Shown in pieces: positions 1-12,800 of a stretch of 64,000 bases of DNA. The notes under the pieces are model-generated. The model did not search any database. It saw only the letters and a list, made by a program, of their open reading frames with translations, and had not been told where the DNA came from. The DNA lies in assembly GCA_002633005.1 (NCBI GenBank), contig NMRA01000411.1, positions 291,083 to 355,082 of the forward strand. The letters are read 5' to 3'. A program made the position numbers and the translations under genes. Position 1 is the first letter of the stretch, and every line of letters starts with the position of its first letter. Source of the stretch: Phoronis australis (taxonomy: Eukaryota; Animalia; Phoronida).

Positions 1-110
1 AAACAGGGCTTTACAAGATGCTTACCAATTTATTTACTTATACAGATTTTTACCATCATGTTAAGGATTGGTAAAACTGACATAGTGTTACTAGTAACTC
101 TTAATATCTG

Positions 111-442
111 TTAAAGAGACGTTATTGGTGAGAAAAAGGATTTTCCGAAATCAGCCTCAGCCAGGAATCCAACCTGAAACCCCTGCGGTGGCAGTCTAAT
201 GCTCTACACCATGGAGCTAAATCCCGTTGGCAAAATGGCAGAGTATTTAAGTGTTTGTAACTGATTAAGGACTGACCTTGATTTCAGCATATGTCTGGCA
301 TGCAATGGCGAGAATTGGATATTTGTAATAAAATTACAAAAACACTACAGATTTTGTTGCTTTGCAACTCTGGTCAGAGCTAATAACTTCAGTAAGCCCC
401 AAAATGCATTTTTCGATAGTTAAACTAACAATGTCCCTTTAA
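111..442. mobile_element. TTAA-flanked non-autonomous DNA element (Kolobok-like MITE) with internal tRNA-like segment, copy A
   Basis: TTAA-AGAGACGTTATTGGT ... ACTAACAATGTCCCT-TTAA (imperfect ~15 bp TIR). Internal similarity to 44558-44958 and 56928-57275. Confidence 0.7.
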
Positions 443-981
443 GAGGCTGGGAGACAGATGGCAAAAAGAAGTTTGGTTATTTGCTATTCAAAGTCAAATT
501 TATATTCTGAACATTGATTGGGTAATTAGCTTGACATGTTTTGTCATTGAATTTTAATTTTAATTGCCAGTTCAGGCAGATCATTCATTTGCAAATGATA
601 TTGTTTATGGATGAAAAGATAGCAGACAAAGGTTATTGTTCATATATTATTGGACACGTTTTATTTACATTTCTGAGTGATATTCATTGTTTCCTTCAAA
701 CTCATGAAGATGACTCAAATTTTTAGATGACATTTACAATTCAGCGTCCACAATAAGAAAAATTTTTGCCATTCATACAAACATGCGGTGAATTTTGTAG
801 CTTATCCAGGCAAGCTTCTGTAGACATTCACTACACTAAGTTATGTACTTGGAATGACATCGGGTTATCATGTCATGAAACAGAACTGGGTTAATCACCA
901 GAAGACAGAAAATGAACTGGACAATCTCGGGTCATTTAATTTCTGATTGCTAGGCCAAATTACTTGCAAGCACAACATATA

Positions 982-2378
982 GCGACGATGTGAATAGGAA
1001 GTACGTTGAACATTGCCAAATGTTTTTAAGAACGAGTTTTTTGGCTAAAATGATCACCTGCAAATCACTGAACTGTGTCCAGTAAGTGTTGCCACCTGGT
1101 GCTGAGGACTGGCGCTGCTTGATGGGCTATGTGAGCCCCCAAGTTACGTCATTATTAGTGTAAAGATCACTTATTTGTAGAATTTTTTGTTTTCGCATTC
1201 ACATGTCAATAGATACAACTGCACTTCGTTTAGTGTAGATTATGTCAAAGTATGTCAAAGTACCATTGTCGTTTAGTTCCTGCTTTACTGTGGCATAGTT
1301 AAGAGTTTGCGAATACATCTATAATGTGTCACGGACTCACTAAGTTTGTTTTAGCAATTCAAATTGTATTGGTACTGTATAAAATTTGAGCTTCTATATC
1401 AAAATATTCGTCACACCTTGATTGATATCCACGTTTGTTACCTGTATTCCATAATTCTCATTCTGTCACTCATTACAAATGTGGGTCATTTGTCGTAAAT
1501 ATGGGTCATTTTATTATTGAAGTCTCAAAAGTGATGGTCATAGCATATGGCATAAAGTGAATGTATGGACTGCACTATCATAGTTGAGCGGCGGCAAACT
1601 ACCCAACAATTTTTGAGTGACTGAAATTTTACAGCCTGTGAAAGCCAACTGACCCCTGGTGACAGGTCTACACAGTTGCNGCGACGATGTGAATAGGAAG
1701 TACGTTGAACATTGCCAAATGTTTTTAAGAACGAGTTTTTTGGCTAAAATGATCACCTGCAAATCACTGAACCGTGTTCAGTAAGTGTCGCCACCTGGTG
1801 CTGAGGACTGGCGCTGCTTGATGGGCTATGTGAGCCCCCAAGTTACGTCATTATTAGTGTAAAGATCACTTATTTGTAGAATTTTTTGTTTTCGCATTCA
1901 CATGTCAAAAGATACAACTGCACTTCGTTTAGTGTAGATTATGTCAAAGTATGTCAAAGTACCATTGTCGTTTAGTTCCTGCTTTACTGTGGCATAGTTA
2001 AGAGTTTGCGAATACATCTATAATGTGTCACGGACTCACTAAGTTCGTTTTAGCAATTCAAATTGTATTGGTACTGTATAAAATTTGAGCTTCTATATCA
2101 AAATATTCGTCACACCTTGATTGATATCCACGTTTGTTACCTGTATTCCATTATTCTCATTCTGTCACTCATAACAAATGTGGGTCATTTGTCGTAAATA
2201 TGGGTCATTTTATTATTGAAGTCTCAAAAGTGATGGTCATAGCATATGGCATAAAGTGAATGTATGGACTGCACTATCATAGTTGAGCGGCGGCAAACTA
2301 CCTAACAATTTTTGAGTGACTGAAATTTTACAGCCTGTGAAAGCCAACTGACCCCTGGTGACAGGTCTACACAGTTGC
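982..2378. repeat. 698 bp tandem duplication split by a single N (probable unmerged contig/haplotype overlap)
   Basis: 982-1679 and 1681-2378 are identical except for about 8 substitutions; the N at 1680 sits exactly at the junction. Confidence 0.9.
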
Positions 2379-2738
2379 TGCTATGGAAAACAGAGCCGGA
2401 AGTTCTATTTTCTCATAGTTGTTCATCTCTTAGTTGCAACCATATAAATACAAGTATAGTCTTAATGATAATACATCAAAGTAGAAAATTATAAAGAAAA
2501 ACAATGCTAACGCATGTTTTTATTTCAGCTAGAGCAGTGGCAGTATTGGGAACTTTTCAATTTCAACAGAGGTTAACTAATTAAGTCTCGTTAAAATGCT
2601 GCAGGAGCTTGTCAAAAAAAGTTGATATGAGCAAGATAATAAAGCTGTGAACTTTTCTCGTTTGCAGACAAATCCTCAAAGTTGATTGCATTCTTGTTGC
2701 TGTATGTAATCAGTTTTCAAAAACGCTTTCTTAATTCA

Positions 2739-2969
2739 CGTAGAAAATAAATCTGAAACTAAATAAGGCGATCCAGATCCTCCCAAGGATAGTATTTCAC
2801 GAAATGTAGAATATAAATTGGTAAATAAAACAACAAGAATGGATCAACTGAAATTTGAAATTTTCTGAGGTAATAACTTCCTTTGTCAACAGAAAGAAAG
2901 GAAGTTATTACATCCGAAAATTTCAAATTTCAGTTGATCCATTCTTGTTGTTTTATTTACCAATTTATA
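2739..2969 (-). mobile_element. Palindromic Penelope-like/retrozyme-like insertion, copy 1
   Basis: 77 bp inverted arms (2808-2884 / 2897-2973), a ~70 bp unpaired left extension and an 11 bp flanking direct repeat TTCTTAATTCA (2728-2738, 2970-2980). Same family as 52451-52739. Confidence 0.7.
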
Positions 2970-5900
2970 TTCTTAATTCAAAAATTTCAAAGTGAAGTGA
3001 CCCACCATTGTCATGACCTGCCATTATTAAGTTAGTTGTAGTAATTGGCGAGGAGGATCGTTGTGAATCTCATGACAGCCTCAGTATCATTTGAGCAGTG
3101 TGTATCTCAATGTAAAATAGTTACAGCAGAGTAGTGTCCTTGGTGCTAACATATGTGATTGGGGATGTCTCTGTGGTTTAATGTCAGTTGAAAGAATTTG
3201 GAAACAAAGCTATAGATGATCTTGCAGGTGTGAGGTCGGGCCATATTTGGTTCTAGTCTGCACCTGGAGTATTTTTGCATCTATCCATCTCTACTTAAAA
3301 GCTGATGGAAGGTGACTTTTTAAAAAAGTCGAAAAGCTGTGGTTTTGCTATTGATGTTTGAAGCGGTAACAATACCACAGTCCTCTTTAACTATTCATCT
3401 CTGTAAATTAAACACAGCGAAGAAAAGTAACCATGCTCCGGGCTGTTGTTGTGTAAGTGCTAATTGCTACTTCTAATTAGTACTTCGATGGTGAAACTTC
3501 TTTCATTTCAGATCATTTGCAAGTACATACATTATCTTAAGACGGAGCAAGAGACTACCCTGAAACCATAATTATCGTTACTCTGAGGTGTCTTTCATCT
3601 CTACAGGTACGTACTGTGTATAGTGATTAATTGGGTGTGTACATGTCACACTGATCGATTTACTGAGCGGTATCAAAATACTACTTTGAAAATATTCTGA
3701 TCTGAGTTACTGGGAGACACTGGTGTATATGTGGCAAAGTGTCTTTGAACTGAGTGGTACAAACTGGTCTATGGTCTTATAGCAGTTTTCAAAGTAAGCT
3801 AGACGGACGGACAGAATTCTGTCGAAGTCTGCCAAACTAGGAGGAACTTCTCAGCCAGATTTATTTGGCTATTTAGTCAAACCTTTATTGTAATAAAATG
3901 ACAATTTTGTTGCACTTCAGTAAGAGTTTAATGTGACCGTTTAAGGGCTATTGTTTATTTGCAAGACCAGTTCAAGTATGTGGAGACTAACCTGTTGAGA
4001 TTTTGTCCAGAATTTGCCAGAATTGAAACTTGTTCTTGTTGAAAAGAAGTGGTTATTTAGTTGTGGTTTCGTTTGGTGAAACTTTGTCGAATTTGGAATT
4101 GTCCAGTTTATTTTGGAAACTATTGTACAGCACTGAGAGCTTACATTTGGAGACCTCAAACTTTGTAACCTAGAGTATAACAAACTCCAAGTTGATTTAA
4201 CACACAAAAATACCATCTAGGCGATGTAATTGCTGAAAGCAAAACTGTTTGCTTGCTTGTCTTTTATTAGTTTTGACGGGCATAGAATTGCAAAATCAAA
4301 GGAGCAATGTTTTGGCATTAAGACAGACATCCGTCCATAGTGCGGGTTGTGCTAGGTGTGCCCTTACTGAGCTGTTAATCCTGAATGTGATATGATTTTG
4401 ATAAACATGCCATTGGAATACATTTTTATTGTGGCAAATATTTGTCGAGTGGCACTTGCTTTGACCAAGATTCCGATGGTTGTGGCGAAGGTCACGTGAC
4501 TCCGCTCACCAGCTGCAAGATAGTGTGTAGGTTTTAAGACATGAGGTGCTTACAGGTGAAAGGTCAAACTTCTGACTTCGAATACTAATAAAGTCTGTGC
4601 GACAACGTTTCTGTCTACTTGCGATAACAAAAAGAGAAATATCGTTTGGCGAATTGAGATTCTTGATCAGTAAACTAGTAAGTCACGCACCTATAGTATC
4701 ATGGCAATGGTAGTGCTTATACCGAGTATGACAACGATATTCATAAAACAGTCTCCAGGTAAAGTAATGATACTTAAATTTGTCGTGATTAAGGGTTGGA
4801 CTGACGACATGTTAAGCTAATCAGCATTAGTCATATTTCCATGGAAATAGATAACTCAAATGTTTGCCTTATTTTTTAAGGCCACTGATATGTGTTGGTA
4901 ATCAATTTGAGTGACATAGCAAACTCATTTGTGGTAAACCACATTGCGGTTTGTTAAAATTGGACGTTAACAAGAAACAGGGAGCTGAACATCTTTAAGA
5001 CGGGACTTTGGAGAAATATTTTTTCAAAAATGTGGGTCCAGATTTAAGGTGCAGTTATATTAATAATCTATGTTTGTGAAGTCCTTTCAGGTTTCACCAA
5101 ATAACTGTCAGCTGGCCAGTTTCAACCTACATTGCGCGCCTTTATATAAACTCCGAAATGTAGTGACTGCATGATGTTCCTTTCTCTTATTTTATTGACG
5201 AACGAGCTTAGTTGACGAAGACGAAATATAATTCCTTTCCCTCATCAATATTCTGCCATTTCGACTTCTCTCGCTAAGTTCTTGATTGTTCCATGATTAG
5301 TAGTAGTTTTAAGTGTCTCTGAAATAAGTACACCTAAACATTCTTTGGCTGTGATATACCTATTATTGTTAAAGGACTGGGAACCACACCCTGAGCCAGT
5401 AACCCAACTTCATCCCTGTGTTTATGGCTGTGAACTGGGTAACTTGGGTTTGTTTTGTCTGGCAGAGAGATAGGGCAAGACTTCTTGATTTCCTTACCAC
5501 CATATTGGACTACACAGGAATTGGGGATGTTTTCACTGCACTTTTTATCTTGTTGTCAACTTTTTCTTGAAACCCCATCTTGATAAGTAGGCTCGTTCCA
5601 CCCTCCAGTTAAGTGCAAGGCGAAAATACAATCTAGTTTGCGACTGTATTGACTTCCATATTAGGAAAGTCTTGTGAGTTGGTACGCAGACGGTAAGATT
5701 ATGAATCTGTCGTCGTTATCCAGCAGACATCAACAAGGAGTTAAAATTGTAAGAGAATCGTTGCAACGAGGGGCCAGTCTGTGCTCTTGTTGGGAGGACC
5801 AGTTTTCGTTGTTACATTATTCAGAGTCTTTTGTATGGCCAATCAGGAGTCAGAATAGAGGGACTCATCTTGTCCCTGTTGTGACACTTGTATACTTAAT

Positions 5901-8900
5901 AAGATGACGGTAATTCTCTAGTTTCTTTTTTCTACATTCTGGCAGTTGTTGCTTGTCAATTTAGCATACAAAAAGGGTGTCCATGTCTAATTTAATTTTG
6001 TCTAAATTCTCGATGAAAATTAACGTTGGTAAAACTCAACATCATCGTTTTGTGCCAAACTGCGATTGTATAACGCATGTTGGGTAAAATTTGAGCATTT
6101 TAGCACTGTTGGGTGAAAAATGAAAAATAGTTACTTTGGCTACTGTTTTAGTGCAAAATTGAAGAGGGGTTGTCGTATCGAGGTAACTTACAGGAGACTC
6201 TTGTGAAGAACTTCACCAAAATCTGATATGAATCTACCCTTATTCTAATACTTGTAATTTAATGCAACACTGGAATGGATATGGACACCTGTACCTAGAA
6301 AGAAGTCATGCACACCTATCAATTAACTTATAATTACATACCTGTGTTGAACACCCTTGATATTTTTGGCAAAAGCGTAATCTTCTCTAGATTTCAAATC
6401 AAAATACAAAAAAGAACCTTGAAAAAATAAGATGTGAAACTGGGTTCAATTTTACTATATCGGAAGAGACTTGTAACCCACAATTATGCCGCTCCTTCTG
6501 GATATAGAAAACCTTTAATATCGTCTCTAAGTCTTTCCCCTGGACATCACAAAATGTGCAGCACCGTTCCCACAGAACACTTCAGCCCTATAGCACAAAA
6601 CTCATCCATCCAGGAGATGTGTCTCAAAGGGAAAAGGTCACATTCCAAGGTCGTTGAGTACTGCTCTCAGGCTCTGTGATGGTTAACTGCATCAGTCTCA
6701 GTGGATGCTCTCGGTGACTCGTGATTCATTTGTGCCAGTTTTTTCTTGTTGTCAAACTGTTTTTGTCGTTAGAGGCTGATGTCGTGTCTGCGTTGGCCTT
6801 TTTCATAGCGAGGGATTTTTCGTAATAATGTTTTCAGAGCTGTGATTGTTAGAAGTAAATGATTTAGTTTCAGAGCAGAGTTAAGGTCCGTGCGTGTCAT
6901 GATTTCGAATTTATCTTCTCAATGTAATCCTTGAATTCACATCAAAACTGATGTATCCACTGTTAACAGAATTGTTTTCGTTTAGCTGCTGTCTGTACAG
7001 TGGTGTCATTTTTTTGTGATGTCTGGTGTTATGTTTTCGCCATGTTTAGTCTAGAGCTACTTTGGTTACTGTGTTATATAACATCATTTGGGAATTGATT
7101 TCCCTCTTGTTGGGAATTCTAGGCTGTTTTTTGTCTTCATTGGATTAATTCTGGAAACTACGTGGGCTAGGTATTTTTCTTACAATATAATTGTGAACAT
7201 TATCAAAGTATTTGGTAGAAATATCTTAAAGCACCTTCCTGATTTTCGTTGATTTTGTTTGATGTGGTGTAAACAGGACTAAATAAAATTTAAGGGACAC
7301 TTTACTCATGATTTTATGTCATTCATGTTGGTCATTCGAGTGTTCAGAATGTTATGTTCATCAGACATTTGCCGTGGCTTTGGGCAACCTGTTACCCCTG
7401 ACCATTATTCCACATGGACTCTTCCAGTCTGTGGTTTTGAGATAAGTACCAGCTCATTGTGGGTAATATGTTTGCCTGTTGTGGATTGTCTGTCAAACAA
7501 AAGATAGCTAGTACAAATGTCTGCTACTAGGTGGGGCTACTGTGTGGTGTCTGGCTGGCATGATGTGGTTGCCTTTGAAATCTTGTCAGGTAAACATAAC
7601 TTGCTTAGTTCAAAGATGACCCGTTTTGTATCAAGTGGCCAGTCATATTTGTTCTCTGGTCTACAGCAGCAGTGTTGTTGTGATGCCGATGTCTGAGTAA
7701 TTTCCTGTTGGATGGCCATAATGGCCTGCTTTGGTGTACAGAGATAAAGAAACACTGCACTTATCATGCACAGGCTGATGGGAATAGTCTATATATCTAC
7801 ATCTAGCATTAGAAACTTGTATCAAATTGCTGTGCCGTGACTGCCATAGCTGATCGCATTGTCAAGTCCATCATAAATGATTGCCTCTTTGCTGTCTGTC
7901 TGTCTGTCTGGCTGTTTTGTGATTTAGATGGTCCAGAGCAAGATTTTTTATCAAAGTCTGATCACCCTTTGAGATAGACTTCTCTAACTGGGGTCAGGGG
8001 TCAGTTAGCTCGTCATGCGATGACTATTCATGTCTGACTGGTAATGGCGTCCATCTCCAACAGTGTGATTGAGCTTATTCAAGGACCCTTGAACTACAAT
8101 ATATCACAGACTGTGCAGGACACAGTTTTATGAAGGATATTACGAGTGTGCTCAAACTGCTGGTTGGATTGATTTACTTCTTGGTTAGCTGTCTTCAGAT
8201 CTTAGTGAAGTTTTCAGCCTACTTCATTATGCTCATCTGGGCGGCTTCAGAAGGCGATGGTGACTGAGTGGAGTTATGTCCCCTGTTGAAACCTGACTAT
8301 AAGACATTAGTCCACAGTGGATGTTGTGCATGGTGTGCTAACTCGTGTCTATGTGGCCCACTGCAGGGCATTTTGCTCATATCAAGTGTTCTTTCATCAG
8401 GTAGAGGTCACTAGAAATCGTCGATATGTGATCGATCACCAGTGTATCGTTAAAGTCGCCGATTGTGCGTTCTGTTTGCTAGTGTCAGACAAAAAGGTAC
8501 GTTGAGTATTTCTTGTTTTGTCTAGACAGTGATTTTGTGAGTGTTATACATTTCAGAGCCAATCCTGAGAGGTTTTCCCTGATAATGTGAATCAGTTTAT
8601 TGAACACTTTGGAGATCCAGAATTCAGGTTTGTGTTTATTCGGCAGCTGGATACTGGTTCGAGTTATTCTAATGTGTCATGTATAAATTTCTCCATTGTA
8701 GTGTGATATTGAAATGCGCTTGGTTCTTAGCTGGTTGTCGTGTTAGCAAATGTTCTACCTTGTCTGCCAGCCAGGCTATGATATGTCTATAGCTTGCTCC
8801 TCAGAATAGCATGGGTTGTGAAGCTATTTGTCTTCTTCTGCGGTGCGTCACGTCACATTCAATCTGTTGATTTAAACTCTGAACCATGCACTGAACCCCT

Positions 8901-9767
8901 GCTGACTGAAACAACTGGTGAGACTACACTTATGGGTAGACGTGACACGAAAATGTTGCAAAGTTATTTATCGGCAATAGTGACGTGACGCTTTATCCTG
9001 CAAACTTCGTGTTAACATGTGATAATTCGATATCTTAGCCGGTTGACATTTTATAAAAAACCCACCTGTCTGAGGTTTTAGCGATGACTCATGTTATCCG
9101 GCGTGCCCCATGTAATATTTCCTTTGTGTAGCAATGTTATTTTCCTTTTTTTTTTGCTTTTGAATTCTTCAAAATGTCCCAGATGTGCTAGCAAACCTTA
9201 CCTTCTAGAACGTTCTTATTAAGCATTAAAAGAGAATGTTTTTTTTTTTCAAATGGACAGTAACAAGCTAGTGGAGATCATTTAGTACATTCCTTTGATA
9301 TAATTATCTATCGTTAATAATTTTTTGTAATGCCTGCTTAAGAATATGATCAGGGTACAATACGGACGTGTTCTTTAGCAAATATTTCCTATGCAAAAGT
9401 TTGAACTGGATCTGATATCAGAAACTTCAGTAATTCGAGGCTATCTGAAATATTTTACATTGTCATGTAGACACATCCTAAAGTAGCCATTCCAGAGCCA
9501 AACCAAGCAAAATCTACAAACTAGATAGGACAACTATCTTAGTTTATGCCATTACCTTATCATTTTTTGCCATGCCATTTAAGTATGTGCGCATGCGTGT
9601 CAGCTATGTCTGGGGCCGATCCTGAGCTGTTATGTCGTGTTTTTTATAAAAATGTCTGGTTTGTACAACGCCCTTAGTTAAATTGCAACGAGCCATGCTT
9701 AACTTGCTGTAGATAGGCAACCAACCAAATTTGAAGTAGGACGGCGTTGGAATACTTTTATGGGGGT

Positions 9768-9809
9768 NNNNNNNNNNNNNNNNNNNNNNNNNNNNNNNNN
9801 NNNNNNNNN
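9768..9809. other. Assembly gap (42 N) flanked by G-runs
   Basis: N run with TGGGGGT on the left and GGTGGGGCGG on the right. Confidence 0.99.
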
Positions 9810-12800
9810 GGTGGGGCGGTGCTGTAAGATTTCAGACACTATTTTCACCAGTTCAGAACCCTGAAAGAGTTAAGAACGTTTTGTAAATTACAGCCTTGCA
9901 TGCACGTATGTTTAAATTCAAAAATTATTTATTGAAAATATCATGTAATTCTGGCAATTTTTAAGTTAATTCAAAGAACATCATCAGTTTGAAAATGTCA
10001 CTGAGATTTGTATGCATTCACAATCCTTTTATGGTATTATAACAGAGCAGGGAGATGGGCGTCCTTTAAGGTTTTGTGTCACCTTAACGACAAGCCTGCT
10101 TATAGTAAAATCTCGCCAATTTATGAAGCAATATGGACGAGTAACGGATAAAAATGCTATCACGGTTTTCTAAATAATAGTGTTGTGTTTTTTCCTTAAC
10201 ATCATGAAAGTTCTATAGCTCTTCATGCAAAAACGAAACGTTTTTAAAACAATTGCTAACAAGGTTTTGGAGAACAGTCAGAAAGTTTCACATGAATCTG
10301 AACAAGTATCTCTGTGATATGGTGTTCTAAAGTTAGCCAGATATGGACATTAATGGTAGGGTACTACATGGCCATAGTCTGTAATGATAAAACATGTTTT
10401 AGTGAATTGAGACATTATGTAGGTCAAGAATGTTTAGATTGAGATTGGTCTGTAATGGTTTTTGCCTTCATGAGTTCTTGATTTTTTCTTGTATCGAATT
10501 ACTTCGTCTTCTAGACACAAGTAATTTATATAGCTTCCCAATCCATCTTGTTAGTTATCGGTATTCAGTGGTAATATTTTATTCGAGTACGTTTTCCTGG
10601 CAATGTTTGTCTTAATTGTGATATTTTATAGTCACCAGACATGCTCTTGGAACTCTTTCATTTTCACAAGAATGAGCATCAGTAACGTCTTATCTGAGGG
10701 TACTCTCATTCCGCACTCGCGATGACTTTGTTAAATGTACAAAAAGACATGTTGAGGGCCATTTTTGTCCAAGTAGCATTACACCAGAGTCCAGTTTTCA
10801 ACAGAAATCCTACACGCGTAGCCTGTCTGTAAATAACTATTAAATGACACGCAGGAGTTACCCTCTCGGAACACCTCTTTGCCTAAATTTTGCAAGTCAA
10901 AAACGTTACCTGAGGTGATTGCCATGGCAAAATGAACCAAAATGTAGAAGTGGATGCTAACGAACTTAAAAAAATCGGCCGATGAAAGAAGTTACCAGTA
11001 TATGCAGAAAGTTAAAGGTGTCCCACATTATTCTTTTCCCCATGCCATTTTAGTAAGAGTACCTGTGCCAAAAAGTTTATGTCCTGATTTTAGAAGGGAC
11101 ATCAAAAGTAAAGGAATTAAATTAAGTTGTTTTCGACACACCTTTTAACATAATACTTGAACGGGCCATTTGGAAATGAGGATAGTCGTTGAGGGTGTCA
11201 ACAACGGAGACATTTTTTGGAAGTGACCTTCTTTAGTTACAAATTTCTTTAACTTGTGATTTCAAATTGCTGTGGCAAATCCATGAATAGAACAGAACAT
11301 GACTATTTTGTAATCCATGTATTCTTCTAAACATCTGTGACGATCAAACCTTCCAAATTTCTTTGAAAACCGTTACTCGACAAAACATCAAGCAAAGCCT
11401 CGTACGTGTGGTAACACTGGTTTCTGATTGCAAAAGCCCTGCCGTATTGTCAATTTCCATGAAAAGCTATATGGTTGAAGACACAATGGGGCAGTTGAGG
11501 GGAATTGTATTTTGACTAATTTTAGGAACAGAAATAACTTAAGAATGTGTTTTGTTCTCCAGTTGGCACATTGTGTCTGCAGACAGCTGTCATCAAACTA
11601 CATTTGATGAATTTCTTATGATCTGCGTCAATATAGTGATCTAAAAATAGAAAATGATAAGTTAGCAATTATTTTTCTCCCAAATTGATTATGTTTTAAC
11701 ACAGGTCACATTGTGCTGTTGAAAATTATGCTGGTGAAGACCCTGATGATAGGAATAGATAATTCTATCTGAAGCGGTGTGTCTCCACGACAAACTGGGT
11801 GAATTAAGCCAATAACACGGGCATAGGAAAATTAGTTAACTATTCAAAGTTGACATTTAAAAACGATCAATTATTAATATTTTGTGATTATTTACGGGAA
11901 AATTAGTCCGCGATGCAAAATGGCCATAAGTGACCAATCATTGTTTTTGTATTTTAATTAATTTGTGGAACAATTAGTCCTCTAAGTGATATGGTCATCC
12001 AACAAAAATGATCAATCATTAACATTAAATCATAATTTATTGTGATCATAACCGTGTTAGACCTGGGCCATATTAGCTGATTGGTGGTGATATTCTGTCG
12101 TGGGTTAATTTAGCAGAGGACACCAATTCCCTCATTATGCATACATAGTCGTCAATCTCCTGTGTACGGTGTGGTGGGTGTGATGCAGTGCGCCGACTCG
12201 AGGCATCACAATTATGGACAAAGAAGAGGACAATGACCTGACAATCAATATTCGTGACTTGTCTGTTACGTAAAATTTGACATTTTCTTATTACAAAACA
12301 CTGCTCTTGTTTTGTTAGCTATTGCAAATTGCAATCTTGATGGTCAAGATGTCTTGCTTAAAGAGTAATGTTTCCCTCAACGCTGTCAAGGTAGAATGTT
12401 TTAATTAGGGGCATAGGTAGATAATTGGGACTTTTTCGTAGAGATTTTAATCATTGTAGTGACTGGTGGTGGCAACTTCAATGATCAACAACTAGGGAGG
12501 AGATTGAAACTTATTGTTGCCGGTCATGGTTGCTTTTAATTAGAGCATCTGCTTAGTAGTATTATGTAATTTTTACTTAGATTTCTCAGTGTTGGTGGCA
12601 ATTTGGTCATCAAAAAATTTTATTTTCTTACCGAGACCCACCGCAAACGGTAGAAACAACATGGCTGCCAAATTCACAAAAATAGTTTCCTGCTACTTAA
12701 ACACACACAGCTCACTCTGTTAGCCCACTCGAAACACAACTAACTGAGTGTTAAACATCATGCTGGACCAAGAAAATGCAGTATAACACTTTTCCTGACT

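Noticed and set aside
150-228. Functional tRNA gene
   Set aside because: Acceptor and anticodon stems do not pair properly, the B box is mutated, and it lies inside a repeated TTAA-flanked element.
982-2378. 698 bp tandem duplication as a real segmental duplication
   Set aside because: A single N sits exactly at the junction and divergence is ~1%, typical of unmerged allelic contig ends. Read depth or long reads would confirm.
11741-11777. CTGATGA...hairpin...GAAG as another hammerhead
   Set aside because: The second core box is GAAG rather than GAAA, and there is no proper stem III or NUH site.
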